A stretch of 60,039 nucleotides of DNA, filler included, from an uncultured virus (IMG/VR IMGVR_UViG_2502082094_000001) (taxonomy: Duplodnaviria > Heunggongvirae > Uroviricota > Caudoviricetes). It is 8 parts of one record of this genome, joined end to end, with 100 filler letters (N's around TTAATTAATTAA, not from the genome) between each part and the next. Parts side by side here need not be neighbours in the genome. Positions count along the whole stretch, not along the records: positions 39,753 to 51,165 come from IMGVR_UViG_2502082094_000001; positions 51,266 to 54,032 come from IMGVR_UViG_2502082094_000001; 6 more parts are not named here. The stretch is one strand, 5' to 3'. The notes under the pieces were generated by a model, which was given only the letters and a program-made list of their open reading frames with translations, was not told where the DNA came from and did no database searches. Positions 43,777-53,530 of this stretch are shown here, piece after piece. A program made the position numbers and the translations under genes. How positions within the stretch are numbered: position 1 is the first letter of the stretch; every line of letters starts with the position of its first letter.

Positions 43777-45098
43777 GTAGGTCTCACCCTCCCTTCTCCG
43801 TTCATGGCTTGTACTGGAGTACTTTCTGATTCTATCTTCTCCATTTCGCTCAATATGGCTAAAGCTTGTTTGAGTTCTTTTTTACTTTTGTATGTTTCTA
43901 CCATTAATTCCTGTAACTCTGCGTATCCTCCATTATTATCTGCTATTTGGGATACGACCCGCTCTATCTCACGCAGATCGTTGTCTGCGTTTGTAGTTGA
44001 GTAGTCCTCAATAAACTTTAGTGTATGTTTGAACGACTTCATACACATAGACATTGCTTTATCTACGTGTTCTTGAGTTATGCGTCTAGAAACATACACG
44101 TCATGCTTATCATCGTAGCTCACAGCAGCGAAGCAAGCGGCTAGACGGTAAACCTTGTTCATCATACGGGTTTTGAACGGTCTAGCCTTACGTCTAACGT
44201 CAATTGTATAGCCATCTAGTATTTTATTCATCTTTGGACTAGGGTTAAGCGACACACCTTCCTCAAGATAGAAATACTCAAGATGGTTTTTAGCTGCTGC
44301 GTAGCTACTCTGACCCATACGGTACTGTTTTCCATGCTCCCACACGGACTCCTCGATGTACTTTAGTGTGTTTGCTAGTTTTTGTATGTCCTTATCAAGT
44401 TGCTTTGAAACTCGTTCATGTGAGTTAGGACTTCTCGGGATTTCGTTGTCCCGCATACGGTTTATCTCATCGTAGAAGTCTTCGCTCATAACTCGATAGA
44501 AGAACAGCGTCCGTGGGAGAAAGCCTTGCCGTATGAGTTCTAATTGCCCACTAGGTTCTGGGTCATATGTAGTACAGAATATGGACGTGTTAGACTCATA
44601 TTCAAGCTTTCCACCAGATAACGTTTTGGCCACTCTACCAGATGGGTCCATTGCCATGTTAAGCACTTCTAGTATATCCGATGAATGTGTTTGCTCGGCA
44701 GACTTTAGCAATGTTTGGGCTTCAGTCCAGCCCATAAACCCACTACCTGATAGCTCGCCTTCACGCTGTTCTCCATTTTGTCTAACTGTTCCCATTATGC
44801 CTGCTGTGCTAGCTGTACCTTCTTGTTCAAATGGTATATCAGCTTCCCTAGCTACTTTTTCAATCATACTGAATACGCTACCTTTGCCTGTGCCAGATGA
44901 TTGAATGATAAATGGATGAACTCTACAGCCAATCGGTTGTTTGTCTATCCGTAGATACACGTCTCTCAAGGCTTGGCCTACGAGAGACAATGCTCCCGAT
45001 ATATGTAGAGGGTCGTTGTTATACGACATATCCCTAGCATGACTCATGTATGTGGAGAAGAATTCATCTCCCCACAAACAATCATCTTTGCTTACCAT
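43773..45098 (-). CDS. Divergent MCM-like AAA+ helicase
   Basis: SSGTGKG Walker A, ASTAGIMG, WTEAQ at the Walker B position, LNMAMD, GFLPR Arg finger; coupled to the primase gene. Confidence 0.65.
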   Translation of the reverse strand: MVSKDDCLWGDEFFSTYMSHARDMSYNNDPLHISGALSLVGQALRDVYLRIDKQPIGCRVHPFIIQSSGTGKGSVFSMIEKVAREADIPFEQEGTASTAGIMGTVRQNGEQREGELSGSGFMGWTEAQTLLKSAEQTHSSDILEVLNMAMDPSGRVAKTLSGGKLEYESNTSIFCTTYDPEPSGQLELIRQGFLPRTLFFYRVMSEDFYDEINRMRDNEIPRSPNSHERVSKQLDKDIQKLANTLKYIEESVWEHGKQYRMGQSSYAAAKNHLEYFYLEEGVSLNPSPKMNKILDGYTIDVRRKARPFKTRMMNKVYRLAACFAAVSYDDKHDVYVSRRITQEHVDKAMSMCMKSFKHTLKFIEDYSTTNADNDLREIERVVSQIADNNGGYAELQELMVETYKSKKELKQALAILSEMEKIESESTPVQAMNGEGRVRPT

Positions 45099-45582
45099 TT
45101 ATCCGGCTTGCTCTAGGTCTTCATTTTGGGGATCTGGTGTACTATATGCTTCATACGAGCTTAGGGTTCTCTGCATTGAAGTACCCGACTTGGTAGATAT
45201 AAACAGCATACGGTGCGATTGTCTTTGCGAGTGGATCTGGCTTTTGGTTTTTTGAGTCATTATTTTGGCATTGGATTATTCAACAATCTGTTCAAGTTCG
45301 TCTACGCTTTCAGGTTCCATTTGCTCTATTTGCTCCTCCACAAGTTGTTTCATATCTTTGTCGTCTGCTATTGATATGAGCTTGAGTTTCTTGTGATACT
45401 TTTCGTCAATATACACCTGTTTTCCAGACATTCTTGTATTGTGGTCTCAACCCGAGTACTATTACTGGGTTTATGATAATAATAGGGACGGGTGTATATA
45501 AAACCCCCGATATACGGCAGTCTGAGCCGCTTTACCGCAAGAATAGAGCCGCCCGAACCTCAACAATTATTTGTACCGTACT

Positions 45583-46095
45583 TTAGTCTTCTATCGTGAA
45601 GTCGTCCTCAGTCTTTATATCTAGGTCGTCCCTATCCACATCCTCTCCCAGATCCGTCACTTCAGACTCTACCTCTTCCACATCTGTAGATGGGTCTATT
45701 CCATCTAACACTTGTTGTAGCTCTCTTTCTAATTCTTCTTGACTTTTACCTTGTACTTCAGTGGCTTCTAGTACCCCTACACAGTATTTACGGGCTCTTT
45801 CAACTGATGCTTCAACAAGTGGATCTGGCATATCCTCAAACTTCAATACCCCTAAACTACTAGCGTCTAGCCCTAACTCACTCAATATGCTAGCGGTCCC
45901 AAAACGCTGTCCGGCTCTGCTCATCACACACTCATCTACTCTGGCTTCATCGGCAGAAAATAACCTACCATCTTGGTGGAACCATTCTATATTTCTGAAT
46001 GGTCTGGGGCTTCCCATGATGCCTCTACTGACTAAGTAAAAGCTCTTTTCATCTGGATCATACACAATCTTTTCTTTTGTGAACGGGCGTATCAT
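45583..46095 (-). CDS. Hypothetical protein
   Basis: Acidic 170-aa ORF. Confidence 0.65.
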   Translation of the reverse strand: MIRPFTKEKIVYDPDEKSFYLVSRGIMGSPRPFRNIEWFHQDGRLFSADEARVDECVMSRAGQRFGTASILSELGLDASSLGVLKFEDMPDPLVEASVERARKYCVGVLEATEVQGKSQEELERELQQVLDGIDPSTDVEEVESEVTDLGEDVDRDDLDIKTEDDFTIED

Positions 46096-46234
46096 GCTAA
46101 GCCATCTGTAAACCTAGCATAAAAACCCATTGAATATCTTGGCACTATGAATGGCTGCTGTTATTATGCCAAGGTTCAATCTTGTACTATTTCCTACTAA
46201 ACGGCTTTATTTTTATTGTAGTGTTAATGTGTTA

Positions 46235-46603
46235 TCAGTCGTCTCCTAGTTTATTAGATATTGAGATGGCTTTCTTTTCGCCAATAGTACCAAAGAGCTT
46301 TATTAACCCTTCTTTACTCACATGGCCTCCTTCAATAAGCTTAGCTACGCTTTCTGCCCACTCCTCATGCGTATCTTTGTTCCCAGCTGATTTTCCTGCT
46401 TCATATGCTTGCTTCCACACAAACTCAGTAGAAGGGTTTTCTGACAAGACTTCCAAGTCCTTGTGAAAGCGGTTCATCGTAGCACCAAGTTCGCGATACA
46501 CGATTCTAGCGGTTCGCCCCCCTTGTTCATAGCCAACAACTACACCTTTCGTATTAGTCTCTTTGATTTTCACTAGCGCACCGATTGGGGTCTTATCAAC
46601 CAT
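46235..46603 (-). CDS. Hypothetical protein with SH3/KOW-like N-terminus
   Basis: IGALVKIK....GVVVG; likely start MVDKTP. Confidence 0.55.
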   Translation of the reverse strand: MVDKTPIGALVKIKETNTKGVVVGYEQGGRTARIVYRELGATMNRFHKDLEVLSENPSTEFVWKQAYEAGKSAGNKDTHEEWAESVAKLIEGGHVSKEGLIKLFGTIGEKKAISISNKLGDD

Positions 46604-46622
46604 TATTATCACTTTATCTGAT

Positions 46623-46781
46623 TTAACTGCTATTATACCAAGATATAGTTTCACAGTCATCCGTGGTACACTTATATTGTACGTGTATCATATGCTCTCC
46701 AACTTTCTCACAACAGGGGCAGACATTATCTGGTCTTTCGTCCTGATCGTCTGGATCTGACTTAAAATCCTCTAGCCCCAT
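46623..46781 (-). CDS. 52-aa Zn-finger protein starting MGLEDF (not in ORF track)
   Basis: MGLEDFKSDPDDQDERPDNVCPCCEKVGEH...YKCTTDDC...YNSS*. Confidence 0.7.
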   Translation of the reverse strand: MGLEDFKSDPDDQDERPDNVCPCCEKVGEHMIHVQYKCTTDDCETISWYNSS

Positions 46782-46790
46782 GTATTGTGC

Positions 46791-47237
46791 TTACGACTTG
46801 AACGACATTAGCCCACCGCTCGGTTCGTCATCTTCGTCATCTGTATTTCTTGTTTTATCAGTATCTGGAATACCAGTAATATCTTCGTTGTTTTGAGTAC
46901 TGGGCTTGTCAGGTGCTTGATTCATTGCTACCTGTCTAAACTGTGGAAACCAATCAGACTCTCGGAAGTCTAGTTGGTCTACTTTCACCATAGCCTCGTA
47001 TGAAGTGGCAACATAGTTGCACTCCATACAAGCACATATGACGTTAAGCGCATCGTCTTCATTGGCTTCGGCTATTCGTAGGTATTCCACAGAATGTAGC
47101 CTGATAGTGGCTGGGATGCTTACTTCTTCTGTGTCAACGCTGTTTGCTACGTGGATACAATTATTATTTGAAGGGCTGTTGCTAGACCTTTTAGATCTAG
47201 AACGTGGGCCTTCTGTTTTGAATGATTCTAGTCCCAT
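46791..47237 (-). CDS. Hypothetical protein, MGLESF start and GGLMSF end
   Basis: Contains CMEC and a motif at both termini. Confidence 0.7.
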   Translation of the reverse strand: MGLESFKTEGPRSRSKRSSNSPSNNNCIHVANSVDTEEVSIPATIRLHSVEYLRIAEANEDDALNVICACMECNYVATSYEAMVKVDQLDFRESDWFPQFRQVAMNQAPDKPSTQNNEDITGIPDTDKTRNTDDEDDEPSGGLMSFKS

Positions 47238-47401
47238 TTCGGGCTCAAGTCGCTGTCATGGTTGTCTGGCGCTATTACTTCTCCACAGTTCATACATTGT
47301 GAAAGACTGTACACTTGGTACTGAATATTTGGATTCATACAGCAAGAGCCAGTTGGAAGCTCTAACTGCTTTGTATCGTCTTCTGTCATGCTCTACACCG
47401 A

Positions 47402-48121
47402 TTAACCTCCATCAGATGTATTATTTGTGTTTGTATCGGTAGTATTTGTCGCTTGCTCTTGTGATTCTAGGACTACTCCCGTATCGTTTTCACTTGAATC
47501 GGTTATGTTAGTTGTCTGGTCATCGAGCTGCTGCTGGACTCTAAATGTCGGAGTAATGGAGACGGTAAAGCCTCCGTCGCCCGATATGCCAGTGTAGTCG
47601 AAGTACACGCTCATTGAGAGTGTTCTTGTGGCCTCTTCAAACGCAGGTAACTCTGGAGTGCCGGGTTGAGTCGAGACTAGAGTAAGTGGAAGTGAGCTGT
47701 TAAGCTCTTGGAGCGTGCTTGGAGCATCTGAATGAATCTGCCCTTCATAACTCACATCCTCCAAGATTGTATGCTCTATGATCTCACTTTTGCTTGCCCC
47801 ACCTGCGTCACTAACACTTACTTCTAGACTCGTAAGTTTGAGGTTGGTGGCGTTCAGAGTCCCAGTATTAAGGATCTCCCACGACACTTCGTGTGTGACT
47901 GGTTCTCCTTGATTATCAGAGTAGCTTTCAGCAGGCTCGAACGTATCACTAGGAGTCTGGATCTCCAGACCTATTGATCCTGCTGTAAAGTCTATACCCG
48001 ATACTTGCGTATCAGATAGTGCAGCGTATGTCCCTACACTACCTAATGCGCCAGCCCCTCCCACACCAGCTATTCCTATCAATACCTTTCTTCTCGAAAG
48101 GCCTGAATTCTTGTCTGTCAT
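47402..48121 (-). CDS. SipW-dependent signal peptide protein (TasA/CalY-like)
   Basis: LSRRKVL...GTYAALSDT...FTAGSI, ILNTGTL. Confidence 0.8.
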   Translation of the reverse strand: MTDKNSGLSRRKVLIGIAGVGGAGALGSVGTYAALSDTQVSGIDFTAGSIGLEIQTPSDTFEPAESYSDNQGEPVTHEVSWEILNTGTLNATNLKLTSLEVSVSDAGGASKSEIIEHTILEDVSYEGQIHSDAPSTLQELNSSLPLTLVSTQPGTPELPAFEEATRTLSMSVYFDYTGISGDGGFTVSITPTFRVQQQLDDQTTNITDSSENDTGVVLESQEQATNTTDTNTNNTSDGG

Positions 48122-48146
48122 TTGCTATCTGACGGCTCATCCGTCA

Positions 48147-48188
48147 AGCCCAGCAGGGGAGTCGAACCCCTGGAGCACCGATCTGGGT
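48147..48188 (-). ncRNA. Minimal tRNA-like element
   Basis: ACCCAG-ATCGGTGCTC-CAGGGG-TTCGACT-CCCCTG-CTGGGC-T, directly after the sipW stop codon and followed by a TGACGG/CCGTCA hairpin. Confidence 0.8.
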
Positions 48189-48189
48189 G

Positions 48190-48723
48190 TTACTCTTCTT
48201 CCTCGTTTTGGCTAGCCAGATACAACTGCCACATCCCATCCATCAGCAGGAGTGTAAACGGGAGGACAACTAACGCCATCCACCCAACAGTTGAATCTGC
48301 CATGTTAACTATGTACCCTAGTACTGGTATATGGAATAGTACAATCCCAACTACCTCTGCTCTTACCACTGGCTCAGGGTCTCTCACGTCGTTGTTATCC
48401 CCTTTTGTGATGAAGCGTACACTGTCTGTTATCTCCCCAGTTTTCTTCTCCACCACTCTGTGTGTAGTCGTCTGTCTAATGTCTCTAGCCTGGCTAAAGG
48501 TTATCACGTCACCTTCCTCTATCCGCTCGTCAACCTGACTAGTTGGAACATTATCGACGAACACTACTGAGCCGGTTGGGATTGCTGGTTCCATACTACC
48601 TGATAGCACTATGAACGAGTGGTCTGCTCCTACTATCCACGGGAACGCATGGACCACAAATAGTGCCAGTATACATAGGAGTACTGTGAACCCGAGGACT
48701 TTGATTACTCCTCGGACATTCAC
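48190..48723 (-). CDS. sipW: Signal peptidase I, SipW/Sec11 type
   Basis: VLSGSMEP (Ser), THRV (His), TKGDNN...DP. Confidence 0.9.
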   Translation of the reverse strand: MNVRGVIKVLGFTVLLCILALFVVHAFPWIVGADHSFIVLSGSMEPAIPTGSVVFVDNVPTSQVDERIEEGDVITFSQARDIRQTTTHRVVEKKTGEITDSVRFITKGDNNDVRDPEPVVRAEVVGIVLFHIPVLGYIVNMADSTVGWMALVVLPFTLLLMDGMWQLYLASQNEEEE

Positions 48724-48729
48724 ACTTGC

Positions 48730-49769
48730 TTATCCGCTGTCGTTGTTCTGCGGACTGTACGTGTTCACGAGCGTCGGGCCAGAGGCTGCTCTCTCCTGGC
48801 TGAAGGTGAAGCCGACCTCGACTGTCATCTCGTCACCCATGATCTCGTTACCCGTATCGAAGGGCATGTGCCAGTCGTAGCCGAAGTTAAGGGTCCCAGC
48901 CAGTTGGGAGCGCACTAGCTGGCTGAGTGTTGTCCGTAGTGTCTCCAGGTTTCAGCAAGCTGTCCAGCGAGCATGATGCAGCCCGGATCAACGGAGGTGT
49001 CTGCCGGAGCGTTGATCGTCTGGAAGTTAGACGTTTGGTTGGCGTTGTACGTCTGAGTGCTCTGGAAGGCCCGACCGACTACGTTAGCCAGAGTACGAGG
49101 CGCGAGGTACTCACTATCAATCCCAGCGGGCTGAGTGGAGAATGGAGTCCCTTCGGAGTTAGACCAGAACCCAGATGGAGCCGAGACGCCAGTAGCAGTA
49201 GTCTGCGTAGCAGGCGTGGAGCCGTCGTCGAAGAACTGGCTATCTGCGTTGTTGTCGTAGAACGGGATCAGGTAGATGTTCTCTGCCAACTCGCCATCCG
49301 TGTTGGTCTGAGACTGGTACTCGCCCTCTGACTCTGGGCCAGCGTTGGCTGCCGTCACTTCGGAGTCTGCCTCCACTTCAGGCTCGTAGTTCTTGGCATC
49401 AACATCTTCCGCGACGTTGAGACACGCTCCCACGAACGCTGGATTGTTCGTCACTTCGAGCGTGAAGTTGATCGTACCGTAATCTCCCGGCTTCACGTCG
49501 ATAAAGTTGACGGTTGCTCCTGCGCCCTCCCCATCCAGAGTGACCAGACTGGTGTCTCCAGTAAGGTCGTCTCCGTTGTATGTGAGGTTGGTGGAGATTG
49601 TACCGTCAATTGCTCCTGCCGTGAACGTAGCAGATTGACCTTCGGTGTCAGTTAGTTGTGCGACTGTTCCTAGCCCCCCGATACCGGCAGCGGCTCCAAT
49701 GGAGCCAATGCCAGCGAGAGCTTGCCGCCGTGACAGGTTTGAGAGCCTGCTAGAGCTGTCTTCGCTCAT
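48730..49769 (-). CDS. SipW-dependent TasA-like protein (apparent frameshifts near 48900-48950)
   Basis: LSRRQAL...GTVAQLTDTE...FTAG, DVKPGD.G, NNPA; the C-terminal FGYDWHMP...NEIMGD..GFTFSQ lies in another frame. Confidence 0.75.
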
Positions 49770-49810
49770 TATCTTTATGCGGTAGTCCGCTAGCCTTCCC
49801 CGTATAGGGA

Positions 49811-49853
49811 AGCTCCGCCGAAGAATCGAACTCCGGCCATACCAATCAGAGCT
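49811..49853 (-). ncRNA. Minimal tRNA-like element
   Basis: As 13-55; the allelic change turns a U-A pair into a U-G wobble, so pairing is kept. Confidence 0.75.
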
Positions 49854-49866
49854 GCTTCAACAGCCA

Positions 49867-50424
49867 TCACACTTCGTATTCTCTAAGTCTTATCATTTCC
49901 CCATCTACACTATCTTTAACAGCTCTTAGGAGCTTTTTAAGCACATATGACTCACTTCTATCATTGTGCTCGGCTACCTTTTCTATCCATGTTGCTAATT
50001 CATCATCCACATACACACTCTTTTGCTTTTTCACATCTTCCTTTTCTATATGTTCAAATTCATCAGATATTTCTTGAAGCGCTTGAACCCTAGTTTGGTC
50101 AACGTCTCCAATCTCTATGATCTTGACACAGTCTTCTTTGACGGCTGCCACATCTACTCGAATCAAGTTGCCGTCAAGCTCTACAACATCGACTAGTGCA
50201 TTGATGAAGTCAGTAGGTATTACTGCTTCTACCATCACGTCCCAGCCGTCTCTAGTCAGTGACTTTCCAGCGCTCAGCTTTAGATCAAAATGCTGTTCGC
50301 CTTCATAGCCTACCCTAAACTCATCTTCGTTAAAGATGAAGTCGTAATAGGTATTGACCTCGTTATGCTTTTTGAGCGTGCGCCCGATGCCGAGGCTAGT
50401 CTCTTCAATCATTGGAGTCGTCAT
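49867..50424 (-). CDS. Putative PD-(D/E)XK-like domain fused to RHH-like domain
   Basis: GWDVMVE...RVDV.A......IIEIG; C-terminus homologous to 59-277. Confidence 0.45.
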   Translation of the reverse strand: MTTPMIEETSLGIGRTLKKHNEVNTYYDFIFNEDEFRVGYEGEQHFDLKLSAGKSLTRDGWDVMVEAVIPTDFINALVDVVELDGNLIRVDVAAVKEDCVKIIEIGDVDQTRVQALQEISDEFEHIEKEDVKKQKSVYVDDELATWIEKVAEHNDRSESYVLKKLLRAVKDSVDGEMIRLREYEV

Positions 50425-50755
50425 CTCCGTCCAATTCTTCTTCTATTGCCTCACATCCTCGACGGATTGCTTCAGATGCTAGGCCCGATTTAGTCCCATT
50501 ATACTTATCAGCTAAGTCATCAAGCACTTGTGCCGCTCCGTCATCTATTCTAATCCTTTTCATGTATTTAAGTCCACTCCTTGGCCCCTATATTGGCGAT
50601 ATTCGGGAGTTTTCCCATATATACCCCATGTATTGGACGGGTAATAAATGTAACGAAAAAGCAAACCTAACAGCCACTGGATACTCCATGCTTGTAGTAT
50701 CCTAGTATATTGTCGGTACATTTATGAACCTTGTATGCGTACCTGCTAGCGTAGC

Positions 50756-51165
50756 ATGGAAATACAAGATCTGAAAACACAGCTAGAAAACGAGCTGTTA
50801 GATCAAGAGGATGTAACAGCCGTAGGCATCGGACATGATGAAGATGGCAACGAAGTAGTTGTGATAAACGTAGATTATGGCAAGACTAACAGTGTTGCTA
50901 TTCCTAGTAACATCGACAGTTCAAATGTCGAGATTAGGGAGACTGGTAAGTTCCACGCAGAGGTAGTCCGTGGGCAGCAACCACAGGAGATTGATAGAAA
51001 GGCTAAACACAGGCCAGTACCTATGGGTGTATCTGTAGGACACTTTAACATTACTGCTGGTACTTCTGGCTTCATCGTGACTGATGGGAACTCTGAGTAC
51101 GTCTGCAGCAATAACCACGTATATGCTGACATAAATAATGCTTCTGAAGGAGACAGTATCGTACA
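50756..51165 (+). CDS. Trypsin-like serine protease, partial (allele of 447-1139)
   Basis: Near-identical sequence. Confidence 0.75.
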
Positions 51166-51265
51166 NNNNNNNNNNNNNNNNNNNNNNNNNNNNNNNNNNN
51201 NNNNNNNNNTTAATTAATTAANNNNNNNNNNNNNNNNNNNNNNNNNNNNNNNNNNNNNNNNNNNN

Positions 51266-51581
51266 CGTTGACTTCTGCAGTGGAGTCAGGTGAAGATGAT
51301 GTATCACTACCTCCATCGGATGGATTCATCCATTCTGGAGTATCATTTGACTCGTTTGTCTCATTAGTAGTGTTGTCTACTTCATCACCGCTCTGCCCCA
51401 CGTCGGATGTGTTGTCTCCTGTAACATTATCACCATTCTCTTGCTCAGGTGTTGTATTGTTAGCGGGTGGAGGCTCAGGGTTCTGTACTTCCGGTGAGTC
51501 ATCAATTAATGCTGAAGATATAAATAAGGCGGAAGCACCCACAATCAATGAAAGAAAGAATACTAGCTTCTTATTTCCCAT
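51266..51581 (-). CDS. Secreted/membrane-anchored acidic protein, partial
   Basis: N-terminal signal or TM helix followed by N/T/D-rich linker. Confidence 0.65.
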
Positions 51582-51583
51582 AC

Positions 51584-52609
51584 TTAGCTCGCGCCTGTAT
51601 TGGACGTACTAGTATCTCCGTCTCCTTCACTTGCGGTATTAGACTGCGACGTTTCGTTATTTACCGTAACGTCGAAGGACGTTTCTGAGTGGATGATTGC
51701 TGGATGATCTGAAGCGTTATCCCGTAGAACGTTGTAAGGGATTCCTGCTCCGCCAGCGTAACCATCGAAGGACGGGTAGCCATCCTCTCCGTTCATTACT
51801 ATTGCCGAGTTGCCTTCGTCAATGTCGGAAGCAAGCATCTCCGAACCTTCTGGCATCGCGCGGGTAGCAGCATCAGCTAGTTCTTCTAGCGTGGCCTCAG
51901 AGCCAGGATCGTATCTCCGGTATGGAGCATTGTCGAAGATGTACTCCAACTGGCTACGGTTAGGACGTTGTAGCTCTACCGTGTAGCGAAGCTCCACTTC
52001 GGTAGTGGCACTTTCACCATCTGTTTCTTGGTCAAACGGAGAGGCTGGGTACGGCTTGGTTGAGGCTGCTGCTCCGTAGTACCCTGCGTTTTGCGACGGG
52101 AAGTTATTCTGAAGCGTCAGATCTAGGTTGTTACTGGCTTGACCGGCACTCCCCATCGAAGTACCATCTAAGTATGATTCTTCAGACGCTGGCCCGTAGC
52201 TATTCCAGTCCGCGCCGGGGTAGTCTGGGGCTCCATTAGGATCTGCGATGGATAGGGGACGGCCTAGCCGGGACTCGAAGTTATCAAGCTCCAGCGTACC
52301 TGTAGTACCCATTTGCTCTGGGCTGAGCCACGGGGTAGCCCTGTAGATTGGATACCAGTCTCCACCGGCAACTCGTGCTTCTACGAGCCAGAAGACCTTA
52401 CCAACCGTCTCATCAAAGTTAGCCCAGTTAACGTCGAAGTCTGGACTAATTGTTACTTGAGTAATGTCTCCACGGTCATTAGATACCGTAGCATCATTAC
52501 TTTGGATTGAGAGCCCGGACTGTGCTCCAACTGTTTGAGTAGCTGTGAATGCTCCCGCACTGATTACTCCAAGGGAGCCAACTGCCTTAACGAACGTTCT
52601 TCGTTCCAT
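51584..52609 (-). CDS. Secreted protein with twin-arginine-like signal
   Basis: MERRTFVKAVGSLG...; acidic, more GC-rich codons. Confidence 0.7.
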   Translation of the reverse strand: MERRTFVKAVGSLGVISAGAFTATQTVGAQSGLSIQSNDATVSNDRGDITQVTISPDFDVNWANFDETVGKVFWLVEARVAGGDWYPIYRATPWLSPEQMGTTGTLELDNFESRLGRPLSIADPNGAPDYPGADWNSYGPASEESYLDGTSMGSAGQASNNLDLTLQNNFPSQNAGYYGAAASTKPYPASPFDQETDGESATTEVELRYTVELQRPNRSQLEYIFDNAPYRRYDPGSEATLEELADAATRAMPEGSEMLASDIDEGNSAIVMNGEDGYPSFDGYAGGAGIPYNVLRDNASDHPAIIHSETSFDVTVNNETSQSNTASEGDGDTSTSNTGAS

Positions 52610-52654
52610 GTTTATCACTCAGTAGTCTGCTAGCCAGCGGGCTAAAGCCCGCAA

Positions 52655-52694
52655 TACCTGTCTTAGGAGTCGAACCTAAGTTCTCCAAACAGGC
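52655..52694 (-). ncRNA. Minimal tRNA-like element
   Basis: GCCTGT-TTGGAGAA-CTTAGG-TTCGACT-CCTAAG-ACAGGT-A. Confidence 0.8.
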
Positions 52695-52726
52695 CACATG
52701 TGTAACTAAGCATTACACACGTAAGA

Positions 52727-52801
52727 CGGACGTAAAGGGATTTGAACCCTTGATCTAGTGGTTAGAAGCCACTCGCCTTATCCGGGCTAGGCTATACGTC
52801 C
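52727..52801 (-). tRNA. tRNA-Arg(TCT)
   Basis: Full cloverleaf; anticodon arm AGTGG-CTTCTAA-CCACT; no encoded CCA. Confidence 0.9.
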
Positions 52802-52804
52802 AGA

Positions 52805-52877
52805 TGGGTGAACGAGGATTTGAACCTCGGCTCTCCGCCTTGTAAGGGCGGCGTCTTAACCGCTAGACTACTCACCC
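52805..52877 (-). tRNA. tRNA-Val(TAC)
   Basis: Full cloverleaf; anticodon arm CCGCC-CTTACAA-GGCGG. Confidence 0.9.
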
Positions 52878-53023
52878 TAGGGGAGTGTGGATAGTGGGTA
52901 CACTCGGACCCAGACAATCGTGTGACACTCTGACTACCACTACCAACGGTAGTTCGTGACTAGCCTGACCCAACTTGCCACAGTTGGGTTCTCGATATTT
53001 GTAACGCTCCTCTTGGGGAGCAG

Positions 53024-53096
53024 TGGGCCTGCTCGGATTTGAACCGAGAGTCGACTCGTTATGAGCGAGTTGCCTTGACCGTTTGGCCACAGGCCC
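53024..53096 (-). tRNA. tRNA with CAT anticodon (probably Ile2, otherwise elongator Met)
   Basis: Cloverleaf; ACTCG-CTCATAA-CGAGT; GGGCC acceptor start typical of Ile tRNAs. Confidence 0.8.
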
Positions 53097-53152
53097 AAGA
53101 ATGAGGTTGTTCATAGAACTATTCTTTGATGACGGATAGACGTTCCTTGAAT

Positions 53153-53431
53153 TTACGAGCGCAGTCGCTCGACAAGCTCCTGAAGCGGCTCCTCGTTGTC
53201 GTCCTGCTCCATCTGAGCAACTGCGACGAGGAACTCACCCACGAGGTTGTGTCTGTCAGTACCGAGCTGCTGCTGGATGAAGCGGGCAGCATCGAACTGC
53301 CGCTTGGCTTCCTCCGGGTCATCGAACTCTTTGGAGTCCGGGTGCTCCGGGTTCTCGAACTGGTAGTAGGTCGTTCGCGTCTTGCCGCCACTCGTGCTGT
53401 TGTTGTCTCCGCTGAATGAATCGACGCCCAT
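53153..53431 (-). CDS. Small highly expressed protein starting MGVDSF
   Basis: Strong C-ending codon bias; ACAATG start context. Confidence 0.7.
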   Translation of the reverse strand: MGVDSFSGDNNSTSGGKTRTTYYQFENPEHPDSKEFDDPEEAKRQFDAARFIQQQLGTDRHNLVGEFLVAVAQMEQDDNEEPLQELVERLRS

Positions 53432-53530
53432 TGTTCTAGTTTGAGTTGACCACAGTTGATTTATACAGTAGCTGTGTCTGACCACTGGACTCACTTGTTT
53501 TATAAAAAGGAGCGGTAGTCATACTCCATA

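Noticed and set aside
7274..48950. Programmed frameshifting (near 7390, 9135, 11400, 48900-48950)
   Set aside because: Several unrelated genes are affected with no shared slippery motif; sequencing indels are more likely. Raw reads are needed to be sure.
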